Source: Candidatus Nitrosopumilus koreensis AR1
GTDB taxonomy: Archaea; Thermoproteota; Nitrososphaeria; Nitrososphaerales; Nitrosopumilaceae
Reading direction: 5' to 3'
Assembly: GCF_000299365.1 (NCBI RefSeq)
Contig: NC_018655.1
Span: forward strand, 240,001-272,000
DNA length: 32,000 nucleotides
Made by a program: the position numbers and the translations under genes. Shown in pieces: positions 8,455 to 16,099 of this stretch (its first letter is position 1; every line of letters starts with the position of its first letter). A model generated the notes under the pieces. That model had not been told where the DNA came from. It saw only the letters and a list, made by a program, of their open reading frames with translations, and made no database searches.

Positions 8455-9102
8455 ATGGAAATTACTGTTGAACAAATGTACAATATTGAAAATAAAGGTC
8501 ATGATATGGGATTTTTAAAAAAATTCATGATGGAAAATGCAGGTGCTGCTGCAGTAAAAAAATTAGTTGAAAAACTTGGAAACGTAGAATCAAAAAATAT
8601 TTTGATTTTTGTAGGGATGGGAAATAATGGGGGTGATGGATTAGTTATGGCCCGACATCTTGCCGGGTATGGCGCTAAAGTTACTGTCATGTTACTTGGA
8701 ACTCCTGAAAACATCAAAACTGAAGAAAGTAATTGGAACTGGTCTATTTTGGAGAAAATGCCCTCTGTGAAATTAATGACTGGTGGTACAATTGATTTTA
8801 ATTTTAAACCTGATGTTATTGTTGATGGAATTTTAGGAACTGGGATTTCTGGAGAAATTAGGGAACCATATGCATCTGCAATCAACTACATTAATCAAAC
8901 AAATTGTTACAAGTTTGCAGTAGATGTTCCTTCTGGCCTAGATCCTCAGACAGGTGAAACTGCCAATATTTACACAAAATGTGATATGACTGTAACATTT
9001 CACAAAATGAAACAGGGAATTCCAAAAAGACCCGACTTGACAGGTGAATTGTTTGCAGAAAAAATAGGTATTCCTCCTGAAGCAGAGGAGGGAATTCTAT
9101 GA
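8455..9102 (+). CDS. nnrE: NAD(P)H-hydrate epimerase (YjeF N-terminal domain only)
   Basis: 'ILIFVGMGNNGGDGLVMARHL' and 'DGILGTGISG' motifs. 215 aa with no C-terminal dehydratase domain. Confidence 0.8.
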   Translation: MEITVEQMYNIENKGHDMGFLKKFMMENAGAAAVKKLVEKLGNVESKNILIFVGMGNNGGDGLVMARHLAGYGAKVTVMLLGTPENIKTEESNWNWSILEKMPSVKLMTGGTIDFNFKPDVIVDGILGTGISGEIREPYASAINYINQTNCYKFAVDVPSGLDPQTGETANIYTKCDMTVTFHKMKQGIPKRPDLTGELFAEKIGIPPEAEEGIL

Positions 9103-9239
9103 TAGTCCATCAAATACAAGTTGGAAACATGCAAAATTTTTCTTACATTGTTGAGGATGAAGACACAAGTGAATCTATCATAATTGATCCATCTTGGGAT
9201 CTTATTGAATTGGAGATGATAATTAAAAAAATAATTTAA
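9099..9239 (+). CDS. metallo-beta-lactamase fold hydrolase (glyoxalase II-like), N-terminal fragment ending at a frameshift
   Basis: The ATG overlaps the nnrE stop (ATGA). It translates to MIVHQIQVGNMQNFSYIVEDEDTSESIIIDPSWDLIELEMIIKKII*, a typical MBL N-terminus, and stops just before the expected HxHxDH motif. Confidence 0.75.
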   Translation: MIVHQIQVGNMQNFSYIVEDEDTSESIIIDPSWDLIELEMIIKKII

Positions 9240-9709
9240 AAATAAAATACATTGTAAACACTCATCATCATTTTGATCATACTATTGGAAATGAAGCCAT
9301 GGCTGAATCTACTAAAGCTCCTATTATTCAACATGAAAATTCAGAATTAAAACATGATATTACTGTAAAAGATGGAGATGTAATTGAATTTGGAAATTCA
9401 AAACTAAAAGTTATTCATACTCCTGGTCATTCAAAGGACAGTATTTGTTTGATAGGTGATGGAAAAATTTTTTCAGGTGATACTTTGTTTGTAGGAAATT
9501 GTGGTCGTATTGATTTGCCTGGTGGTAGTGCAAAGGAACTCTATCATAGTCTGTTTGATATTCTTTATTCATTAGATGATAATTTGGTTCTGTATTCTGG
9601 GCACAATTATGGTCATTCAGAGACATCTACAATAGGGCAAGAAAAAATGACAAACATGGTCATGCAAAAACGTACTGAACAACAATTTCTTGATATGATG
9701 GGTCAGTGA
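9227..9709 (+). CDS. metallo-beta-lactamase fold hydrolase, C-terminal fragment (frame open from 9227; ORF-track ATG at 9299)
   Basis: This frame reads KNNLKIKYIVNTHHHFDHTIGNEAMAESTKAP...HTPGHSKDSICL...GDTLFVGNCGRIDLPGG...GHNYG. It carries the THxHxDH and downstream His/Asp ligands of the MBL family. Confidence 0.8.
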   Translation, partial: KNNLKIKYIVNTHHHFDHTIGNEAMAESTKAPIIQHENSELKHDITVKDGDVIEFGNSKLKVIHTPGHSKDSICLIGDGKIFSGDTLFVGNCGRIDLPGGSAKELYHSLFDILYSLDDNLVLYSGHNYGHSETSTIGQEKMTNMVMQKRTEQQFLDMMGQ

Positions 9710-9713
9710 TCTG

Positions 9714-10772
9714 TTGGAAGATTTTGAATTATCTGGAAATGTTAATCTGGCTCAAACCTTTATAGATTCTGTAAAATCCGGCAGGACCCTTTTTTCGTTT
9801 GTTATATCATATACAGAAACATCTGAAATTCCTGGAATAACTTTTGCTGGTGCTGATAAGGATTCGATTCAGTTTACTCCTCCAGCTGACGCAGAATATT
9901 TGCATTATGGATATTGTAAAACTATTGACAAAATTCCAATGACTCCTGATGGAAAACCTACCCCTGGTTTGTTAACTAAAACCGCTCTAGAATCTGCAAG
10001 TATTTCTCATCTGACAATTAATGCTGGAAGTAAAATCGTACCCAAATTACCTTTTATTGAATCAGGTTTGCCTTTTGGAAAAAATATATCAATTCAAGAT
10101 GCTATGACTGATTCTATAGTTTCTCATGCAGTTGAATATGGACAAATTCTTGGAAGAAGTTTGGCATCATTGACTGATTGTTTGGTGATTGGTGAATGTA
10201 TTCCTGGTGGAACTACAACTGCTTTGGCTTTACTAAAAGCGTTTGATTATGATGCTAAAGTAAGCTCAAGCATACCTGATAATCCTGTTGAATTAAAGAA
10301 CCGAATTGTAACGTCTGCTCTTGAAAGAATAGATTCTGATCATCCCTATAGTATTGTTGCAAAAGTTGGTGATCCTATGATTCCATTTGTTGCAGGAATG
10401 CTGAGCTCTGCTTCTAGCATATCTAAAGTGATGTTGGCCGGTGGAACACAAATGGCTGCTGTTTTGGCCTTTGCATCCAAAATTGGATTTAATGAAGAAA
10501 ACACTGCAATTGGAACTACATCTTATATCACAAATGATAAAACTGCAAATTTCAAAGAACTTGTTCAAAATATTGCAGACATTCCTATAATTTCTGTAGA
10601 TCCAGGTATGAAAAACTCAAAATTTTCTGGACTGAAGGCCTTTTCTGAGGGATTCGCAAAAGAAGGTGTGGGAGCAGGTGGTAGTATTATTTCTTCGATG
10701 CTAAAAACTGGAAATAACTCTGAAAAATTTTTGGATTTGGTTGAAAAAGAATATCAAAGATTGTTTACTTGA
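9714..10772 (+). CDS. cobT: CobT-like nicotinate-nucleotide--dimethylbenzimidazole phosphoribosyltransferase homologue (archaeal UPF0284 type)
   Basis: 'SYTETSEIPGITFAGA' and 'GECIPGGTTTALALL' blocks typical of the archaeal CobT-like family. TTG start 5 nt after the MBL stop. Confidence 0.65.
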   Translation: MEDFELSGNVNLAQTFIDSVKSGRTLFSFVISYTETSEIPGITFAGADKDSIQFTPPADAEYLHYGYCKTIDKIPMTPDGKPTPGLLTKTALESASISHLTINAGSKIVPKLPFIESGLPFGKNISIQDAMTDSIVSHAVEYGQILGRSLASLTDCLVIGECIPGGTTTALALLKAFDYDAKVSSSIPDNPVELKNRIVTSALERIDSDHPYSIVAKVGDPMIPFVAGMLSSASSISKVMLAGGTQMAAVLAFASKIGFNEENTAIGTTSYITNDKTANFKELVQNIADIPIISVDPGMKNSKFSGLKAFSEGFAKEGVGAGGSIISSMLKTGNNSEKFLDLVEKEYQRLFT

Positions 10773-12525
10773 CTGTAACTGATTTTGCAAGATTTCTTGG
10801 ATAGTCTGGATCTGTATCTTTTTCAAGTGCTGCATAATATGATAATAATTGAATTGGAATTATCTCTGAAATTGGATACAAAACTTCGTTGATTTTTGGC
10901 ATTTCAATCCAGTAGTCATAAACATCACTTTTTACATCTGAGACCCCAATTATTTTTGCTCCACGTGCTTTGATTTCTCTTGCACTGGTAAGAGTATCTG
11001 AATAGGTTGAATCATTTGGATTTAGAATTATCACAAATACTTTGGAATCCATTAATGCAAGTGGTCCGTGTTTTAATTCTCCTCCAGCTATCCCTTCTGC
11101 ATGAATGTATGTCAATTCTTTGAGTTTTAATGCTGATTCTGTTGCAATTGGATAGTTTATTCCACGTCCTAAAATGTAAATATCTGAAACCTCTTTCAAG
11201 TCTTTTGCAATTTTCTGAATGTATGTTGGATTGTCCAATGTTTTTGAAATAGATTTTGCGAAATCTTCAAAATCAATTGTTATGTCATTATTGCTTAACC
11301 TCTGCACGATTTTGTATAATATTACAAGTTGTGACGTGAAACTCTTTGTTGCGGCCACTCCAATTTCTGGACCACAATTCAAACCAATTACGACATCTGC
11401 CTCTCGTGCAAGTGAAGATGTCAATAAATTAACAATTCCAATAATTTTGCAATTTGTATTTTTTGCAATTTTTACTGCTTCTAAGACATCTGCACTCTCT
11501 CCGCTTTGGGATATTGCAATTAGAATAGAATTTTCTTCAATGGCATTTGGTGAAAATTGAAGTTCACTGGCCATAATTGGTTCAGCCTTGATTTTTACAT
11601 ATTTTGACAGAATCTGCTTTGCAATTAATGCTGAATTGTAACTTGTCCCACTTCCAGTTATGTAGATATTTTTAGCATGTTTGATGTAATCTGTTGCTTT
11701 TTCAATAGCATCACTAGTTTTTTCCCCTGCTTTCAAAATTGTTTCGGGCTGCTCGTAAATTTCTTTTAGTGTGAAATGCGCATAATCTCCTTTGTATGCA
11801 TCTCCAAATTCTCTTGAAACTTTAGTAATTTCGTATTTTGTTTGTTCTCCGCCAAAATCTAAAATTTCTAATTTGTTTTTGTCTAGTATTACAAAGGTTC
11901 CATTCTCCATGTAAATAGCGTTATCCGTAAACTCGATGAATCCTAAAACATCACTTGACAAAAAGAAATCTTCTTTTCCTACTCCTATAATTAATGGTTC
12001 ATGAAATCTTGCAGCTGCTATTTGACCCTTTTCAAACATTGCAACAAATGCATAATGTCCTTTTAGTTCTGAAACTGTTTTTTGAATTGCCTCTTTGACG
12101 TTATTTGATTGTTCATAATTTTTTTGAAGTACATTTGCAATAATCTCGCTGTCTGTTTCACTTTTGAAAACATATCCATCGCTTTCTAATTGTTTTTTCA
12201 AATCCTCAAAATTTTCTATAATTCCATTATGTACAATTGCAATTTTGCCTGAGTTACTAGGATGTGGGTGGGCATTTACCTCTGTGACTTTTCCATGTGT
12301 TGCCCATCTAGTATGGCCTATTCCAATTTTTCCCGGCAATGTTTCTAACTGAACTTTTGAATTTACCTCGTGTACTTTTCCAATACCTTTTTTCAGCTCA
12401 ATCTGATTTTCTGATTCTGTTGCAACTCCTACACTGTCATACCCTCTGTATTCCATTCTCTTTAGCCCTTTTACGATAATGGGTGCTGCAACCTCATTTC
12501 CATAATAACCGATAATTGAACACAT
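10765..12525 (-). CDS. glmS: glutamine--fructose-6-phosphate aminotransferase (isomerising)
   Basis: N-terminal nucleophile 'MCSIIGY', 'HTRWATHG', two SIS-domain blocks ('GSGTSYNSA', 'ISQSGESADV') and the C-terminal 'NLAKSVTVK' end. Confidence 0.92.
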   Translation of the reverse strand: MCSIIGYYGNEVAAPIIVKGLKRMEYRGYDSVGVATESENQIELKKGIGKVHEVNSKVQLETLPGKIGIGHTRWATHGKVTEVNAHPHPSNSGKIAIVHNGIIENFEDLKKQLESDGYVFKSETDSEIIANVLQKNYEQSNNVKEAIQKTVSELKGHYAFVAMFEKGQIAAARFHEPLIIGVGKEDFFLSSDVLGFIEFTDNAIYMENGTFVILDKNKLEILDFGGEQTKYEITKVSREFGDAYKGDYAHFTLKEIYEQPETILKAGEKTSDAIEKATDYIKHAKNIYITGSGTSYNSALIAKQILSKYVKIKAEPIMASELQFSPNAIEENSILIAISQSGESADVLEAVKIAKNTNCKIIGIVNLLTSSLAREADVVIGLNCGPEIGVAATKSFTSQLVILYKIVQRLSNNDITIDFEDFAKSISKTLDNPTYIQKIAKDLKEVSDIYILGRGINYPIATESALKLKELTYIHAEGIAGGELKHGPLALMDSKVFVIILNPNDSTYSDTLTSAREIKARGAKIIGVSDVKSDVYDYWIEMPKINEVLYPISEIIPIQLLSYYAALEKDTDPDYPRNLAKSVTVK

Positions 12526-12564
12526 GACTATTCTATCTGAAATTGGGGTTATTTACTGATAAGC

Positions 12565-13188
12565 CTAACTATTCTTCTCTTCTGTTGAAGAACTATCATC
12601 TTTTGGTTTTTCAGCAGATGTTTCTGTGGTTTCAGTTGCTGTCTCTTCAGTAGATTCCACTGCTTCTTCAACTGGAGTTTCAGTTTTTGTTTTTTCTAGC
12701 ATTTCTGGAATTTTTGATTCTGGTGCGAAATGAACACTATTCTCCTCTTCTACTGTAACTGTATATGATGGAATGTCCACCTTTCTTTCACCAATCATGA
12801 TGTGACCATGAATTACCGCTTGTCTTGCTTGATATGGAGTTTTGAATCCTAGTTTTTTTGTAACAATAGTTTGTAATCTTCTTGAAAGTAAATCTTCTGC
12901 ATTCAAATTCAATACATCATCCAATGTTGCATCTGCACTAACTAGTCCTATTCTTGCTAATGATTTCATTAGAATTGGTTCTTTCTCTGCTCTGATTTCT
13001 TGTCCTAAAGCAAGTAATGACCTTGCTTGGTGTCTCACTCTGGATAATTCAGTATGTGCTTTCCATAATTCCCTTTTAGTTCTTAATCCAAATGTTCCAA
13101 GAGTTTTCAACTCTTCCATTTTTAATTCATAATTGAGAGGTCTCTTTGGTTTTCTCCAATTTCTACGTGGATATTTTGGATCTCCCAT
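12565..13188 (-). CDS. rps4: 30S ribosomal protein uS4 with a ~45-aa acidic Thr/Glu-rich C-terminal extension
   Basis: 'MGDPKYPRRNWRKPKRP...ELWKAHTELSRVRHQARSLL' uS4 core and S4 RNA-binding domain. The tail is 'KTKTETPVEEAVESTEETATETTETSAEKPKDDSSSTEEKNS'. Confidence 0.9.
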   Translation of the reverse strand: MGDPKYPRRNWRKPKRPLNYELKMEELKTLGTFGLRTKRELWKAHTELSRVRHQARSLLALGQEIRAEKEPILMKSLARIGLVSADATLDDVLNLNAEDLLSRRLQTIVTKKLGFKTPYQARQAVIHGHIMIGERKVDIPSYTVTVEEENSVHFAPESKIPEMLEKTKTETPVEEAVESTEETATETTETSAEKPKDDSSSTEEKNS

Positions 13189-13197
13189 TCAAAACAC

Positions 13198-13779
13198 CTA
13201 TTCTTTTTTCTCCGCTGGAGCTTTTTCTGTTGCGGGAGCTGCTGCAGCTGCTGGAGATGTTTCTGCTGCGGGAGCTGCTGCAGCTGCTGGTGCGTCAGAT
13301 GATTTCTTTGCGGGAGCTGCCATGCCACCTTTTGCAACACCTACTGCTCCTCCTTTTCTACCAGATGTTCTTGTTCTCTGACCTCTTACCTTGAGACCAC
13401 TAAGATGACGATAACCTCTCCAACTTGCGGTGATTCTTTCTCTTTCAATATCGTTTCTTAATGTAAATGGAATATCTGATGTTAACAAATGTAAATTGGT
13501 CCCTGTCTCAATATCTTTTCTTCTATTAAGGAACCATGCTGGAAAATTACCTTCAATTGGGTTTGAGATTAATTTTTCAATTGCTTGAACATTTTCCTCA
13601 GAAAGGTGGCCTATGTTAGAATTTGAATCAATTTTTAATGTATCTAGAATTGCTGTGGCAAAATTATACCCTATGCCCTTGATCTGGGTTAACCCTACAA
13701 GCATTTTCCTTTCTCCTGGGATATCATTTCCCACAATCCTGACAATGTGTCTATATTCTTGAGTGCTCAAGTATTCCAA
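13198..13779 (-). CDS. rps13: 30S ribosomal protein uS13 with a ~45-aa Ala/Pro-rich C-terminal extension
   Basis: '[33 protein letters not shown]' uS13 core. The tail is '[43 protein letters not shown]'. TTG start at 13779..13777. Confidence 0.9.
   Translation of the reverse strand: MEYLSTQEYRHIVRIVGNDIPGERKMLVGLTQIKGIGYNFATAILDTLKIDSNSNIGHLSEENVQAIEKLISNPIEGNFPAWFLNRRKDIETGTNLHLLTSDIPFTLRNDIERERITASWRGYRHLSGLKVRGQRTRTSGRKGGAVGVAKGGMAAPAKKSSDAPAAAAAPAAETSPAAAAAPATEKAPAEKKE
13231..13290. repeat. 36-bp-period tandem duplication inside the uS13 tail
   Basis: The 24-mer TGCGGGAGCTGCTGCAGCTGCTGG occurs at 13231..13254 and 13267..13290, with a partial third copy near 13307..13320. It encodes the PAAAAAPA units. 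Confidence 0.85.
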
Positions 13780-13878
13780 AATTCAAAGAAACCCCGATAA
13801 AAACCATGCTAGGCACCGTTTTGGGTAATTTCTGGTATGTTTTGCATACAACGCTTGATTGAGATCGTTTACATCATT

Positions 13879-14031
13879 TTATCTAAAGTCTTTGTCTTCT
13901 GTCCAATCATTACCTTGAACATTCCATTGATTGCATTGGCAGCACTTTTTCACGCCTCGCTGAGCATCAATATCTATACAAAAACAGTGTTCTCCTTTCC
14001 CTGATGGATCATTTTCACATAATTTTTGCAT
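13879..14031 (-). CDS. small Cys-rich protein, 50 aa; candidate metal-binding peptide, below the ORF-track size cutoff
   Basis: Own codon-by-codon translation: MQKLCENDPSGKGEHCFCIDIDAQRGVKKCCQCNQWNVQGNDWTEDKDFR*, ATG 14031..14029, TAA 13881..13879. An in-frame stop lies 10 codons upstream of the ATG. Six Cys as C-x10-CxC-x11-CCxC plus one His. An A/T-rich box lies ~25 nt upstream, and the ORF is divergent from the wHTH gene. Confidence 0.4.
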   Translation of the reverse strand: MQKLCENDPSGKGEHCFCIDIDAQRGVKKCCQCNQWNVQGNDWTEDKDFR

Positions 14032-14114
14032 ACTTCGATATGTGGGCTTTTTTCTTAATTATCTTATTGGCTACTTGAAAAGTTATAACTTTCTATATTG
14101 TCATTTTTATTGAA

Positions 14115-14423
14115 ATGACTGATTCCTTTGATCGCGAAAAAGTTGTAGATTGTATGTTTGATCCAGTGACTTCTTTAATTTTAGCAGAACTAGAAGAAGG
14201 TGAAAAATCCTGTTCATTTTTGGCAAAACAAGCTTCTATTCCTGAATCTGAAGTATTGGAAAGATTATCTTATTTGATAGAACATGAATTTATCTTCAAA
14301 ACTACTGCTAGTGAAACTATGTTGTCTGCTAATTCTGAAAAACTCAGTAGTATTGTTGAGAGTGGTGAAAATTTTGATGAAACTATCAATGGCCTTGAAA
14401 AAATGGATAGTTATCTAAATTGA
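14115..14423 (+). CDS. winged helix-turn-helix transcriptional regulator, ArsR/SmtB-like
   Basis: 'FDPVTSLILAELEEGEKSCSFLAKQASIPESEVLERLSYLIEHEFI' follows the ArsR-family pattern (DP.R..IL..L...e.s..eLa...gis.s.vS.HL..L). A Cys sits where ArsR carries its alpha-3 metal site. Confidence 0.5.
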   Translation: MTDSFDREKVVDCMFDPVTSLILAELEEGEKSCSFLAKQASIPESEVLERLSYLIEHEFIFKTTASETMLSANSEKLSSIVESGENFDETINGLEKMDSYLN

Positions 14424-14918
14424 CTTCTTTTTATTTTTGACTCTATAAACTGCAGAACCTGTCAAACCAACCATTCCGATTATCAAAACATATGCTGAAA
14501 CAAAACTGAGGAATTTCTTTCCAGCATCTGGCAGTGGTCCTATTGCACCAAACACTTGAAACTCTTCATTAGAATTACTTTGTATGATCAGTTTGTAAAG
14601 ACCTGAATCACGAATATCAAACCCTTCTTCAATAGTTTCAGAATCTATGTTTTTGGATGCTATTTTATTATCAAATGGATCTAGCACTTTGGCTGAAATC
14701 ATGTTTTCTTTAAACTCCATAACTTGTACTGCAAAAACTCCTACAGATGATTTATCTGAATCAAAATCTCCTACGATCACAAGATCCTGATTTGAACTAA
14801 CAACACCATTGCCCTGAAAAACACCATCCAGAAGTATCTGATTTCCTACTGCAAGTAGGATTAACCCAATTACAATTAATGCTCCTGAAGCAATTAGGAT
14901 AATTCCTGCTTTTTGCAT
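14415..14918 (-). CDS. hypothetical bitopic/two-TM membrane protein
   Basis: N-terminal hydrophobic helix 'GIILIASGALIVIGLILLAVG', a beta-rich middle, then C-terminal helix 'FLSFVSAYVLIIGMVGLTGSAVY' followed by 'RVKNKKKSI'. No family recognised. Confidence 0.5.
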   Translation of the reverse strand: MQKAGIILIASGALIVIGLILLAVGNQILLDGVFQGNGVVSSNQDLVIVGDFDSDKSSVGVFAVQVMEFKENMISAKVLDPFDNKIASKNIDSETIEEGFDIRDSGLYKLIIQSNSNEEFQVFGAIGPLPDAGKKFLSFVSAYVLIIGMVGLTGSAVYRVKNKKKSI

Positions 14919-14974
14919 GATTTGGATTTTTTTTCTTTACTTTAAACCTAATTTTTTATTTAATCTTGTTTGAC

Positions 14975-15006
14975 AAAGTTAGATTAGACTAAAAAAGTTA
15001 GCTTAG
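14975..15006 (+). promoter_or_regulatory. direct repeat AAAGTTAGNTTAG x2 upstream of the multicopper oxidase gene; candidate operator
   Basis: AAAGTTAGATTAG at 14975..14987 and AAAGTTAGCTTAG at 14994..15006, 12/13 identical with a 19-bp period. An A/T-rich TTTAAATA box follows at ~15013..15020. Confidence 0.3.
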
Positions 15007-15040
15007 GTTAAATTTAAATAAAGAATTTGGCCTTATAGAT

Positions 15041-16099
15041 TTGTTGAAATTCAATCGCTCAAATGTAATGATTTTGCTTATTTCTATAACTGCTGTTCTT
15101 TCCACTCTTGTAGTTTTTCCAGCAATCACTGAGGCTCAGTTAGAAGAAAAAACATTTGTTACTCACTCAGGTGCTGTTGTAAGAACTTCTGGAGAAATAA
15201 TTGATCCACTTTACACTGTTTCAACAGTAGAATTTGATCCTGATGAATTTTTACGAAACTTTGAGTATGGTAGAGTGTCTTTATCTGAAACTGGTCAAAC
15301 TATCAGAGAATATACCATAATTGCAGAAGATGATGGAATACAAGAAATTTCTCCAGGTGTATTTTACAACGTTTGGACTTTTAATGGAACTGTACCTGGG
15401 CCGACAATAAGAGCAACTGAAGGTGATCTTCTTAGAATCCACTTTATCAATAACGGCTCAAAAGAGCATACGATGCATTTTCATGGTATTCATCCTGCTG
15501 GAATGGACGGTGTCTTTGAACCCGTAGGTGGAAATGGTGGGCAATTTGTTTATGAATTTGAGGCAGGTCCTGTTGGTGTACATCCTTATCATTGTCATGT
15601 CATGCCACTTGAAGAACACATTGTACATGGTCTGTATGGTGTCTTTATTGTGGATCCAAAAGAAGGACGTGCGCCTGCTGATGAAATGGTTATGGTTTTA
15701 AACGGACTTGATACTGATTTTGACACTGAAAATAATTTCTATGCTGCAAATACAATTCCATTTTATTATCAGCACCATCCAATTCAAATCAACACCAATG
15801 AATTAATTCGAGTTTATGTTGTCAACATGGTGGAGTTTGATCCAATTAACAATCTTCATTTGCATGGAAATCTGTACAAATACTATCCGACAGGAACCGA
15901 TATTGTTCCGTCATTTTATACTGATATGATAACCCTATCACAAACTGAGCGCGGAATTATGGAGTTTGAATATGACTATCCTGGAAAATATTTGTTCCAT
16001 GCACATAAGGTGGAGTTTTCAGAAAAAGGCTGGGTTGGAATTTTCCTTGTAAGGGATAATCCAACAGATAATGATCGGGAAATAGAATATGGAACTTAG
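15041..16099 (+). CDS. two-domain multicopper oxidase, secreted or membrane-anchored
   Basis: Copper-ligand motifs 'HTMHFHGIH' and 'HPYHCHVMPLEEHIVHG' in the N-terminal half, 'LHLHGN' and 'FHAHK' in the C-terminal half. N-terminal signal/anchor 'MILLISITAVLSTLVVFPAITEAQ'. The start is either TTG 15041 or ATG 15068. Confidence 0.8.
   Translation: MLKFNRSNVMILLISITAVLSTLVVFPAITEAQLEEKTFVTHSGAVVRTSGEIIDPLYTVSTVEFDPDEFLRNFEYGRVSLSETGQTIREYTIIAEDDGIQEISPGVFYNVWTFNGTVPGPTIRATEGDLLRIHFINNGSKEHTMHFHGIHPAGMDGVFEPVGGNGGQFVYEFEAGPVGVHPYHCHVMPLEEHIVHGLYGVFIVDPKEGRAPADEMVMVLNGLDTDFDTENNFYAANTIPFYYQHHPIQINTNELIRVYVVNMVEFDPINNLHLHGNLYKYYPTGTDIVPSFYTDMITLSQTERGIMEFEYDYPGKYLFHAHKVEFSEKGWVGIFLVRDNPTDNDREIEYGT

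Noticed and set aside
13122-13394. Three overlapping ORFs (13122..13340 minus; 13133..13381 and 13146..13394 plus) with Gln/Leu- or Ala-rich translations
   Set aside because: They are alternative-frame readings of the GC-rich GCTGCTGCAGCTGCTGG repeat encoding the uS13 Ala/Pro tail. The uS13 frame is continuous with a conserved core.
13780-13878. Possible small RNA (e.g. C/D box sRNA) in this and other intergenic gaps (12526..12564, 21896..21950, 22905..22954, 24854..24925)
   Set aside because: I found no paired C (RUGAUGA) and D (CUGA) boxes with appropriate spacing on either strand, and no convincing stem-loops. The gaps are adequately explained by promoter elements.
15041-16099. Calling the copper protein a NirK nitrite reductase
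   Set aside because: The domain order resembles NirK. However, the 'HCH' tripeptide together with HxHG and HxH motifs in the second domain indicates a trinuclear-cluster multicopper oxidase, and this cannot be settled without phylogeny or biochemistry.
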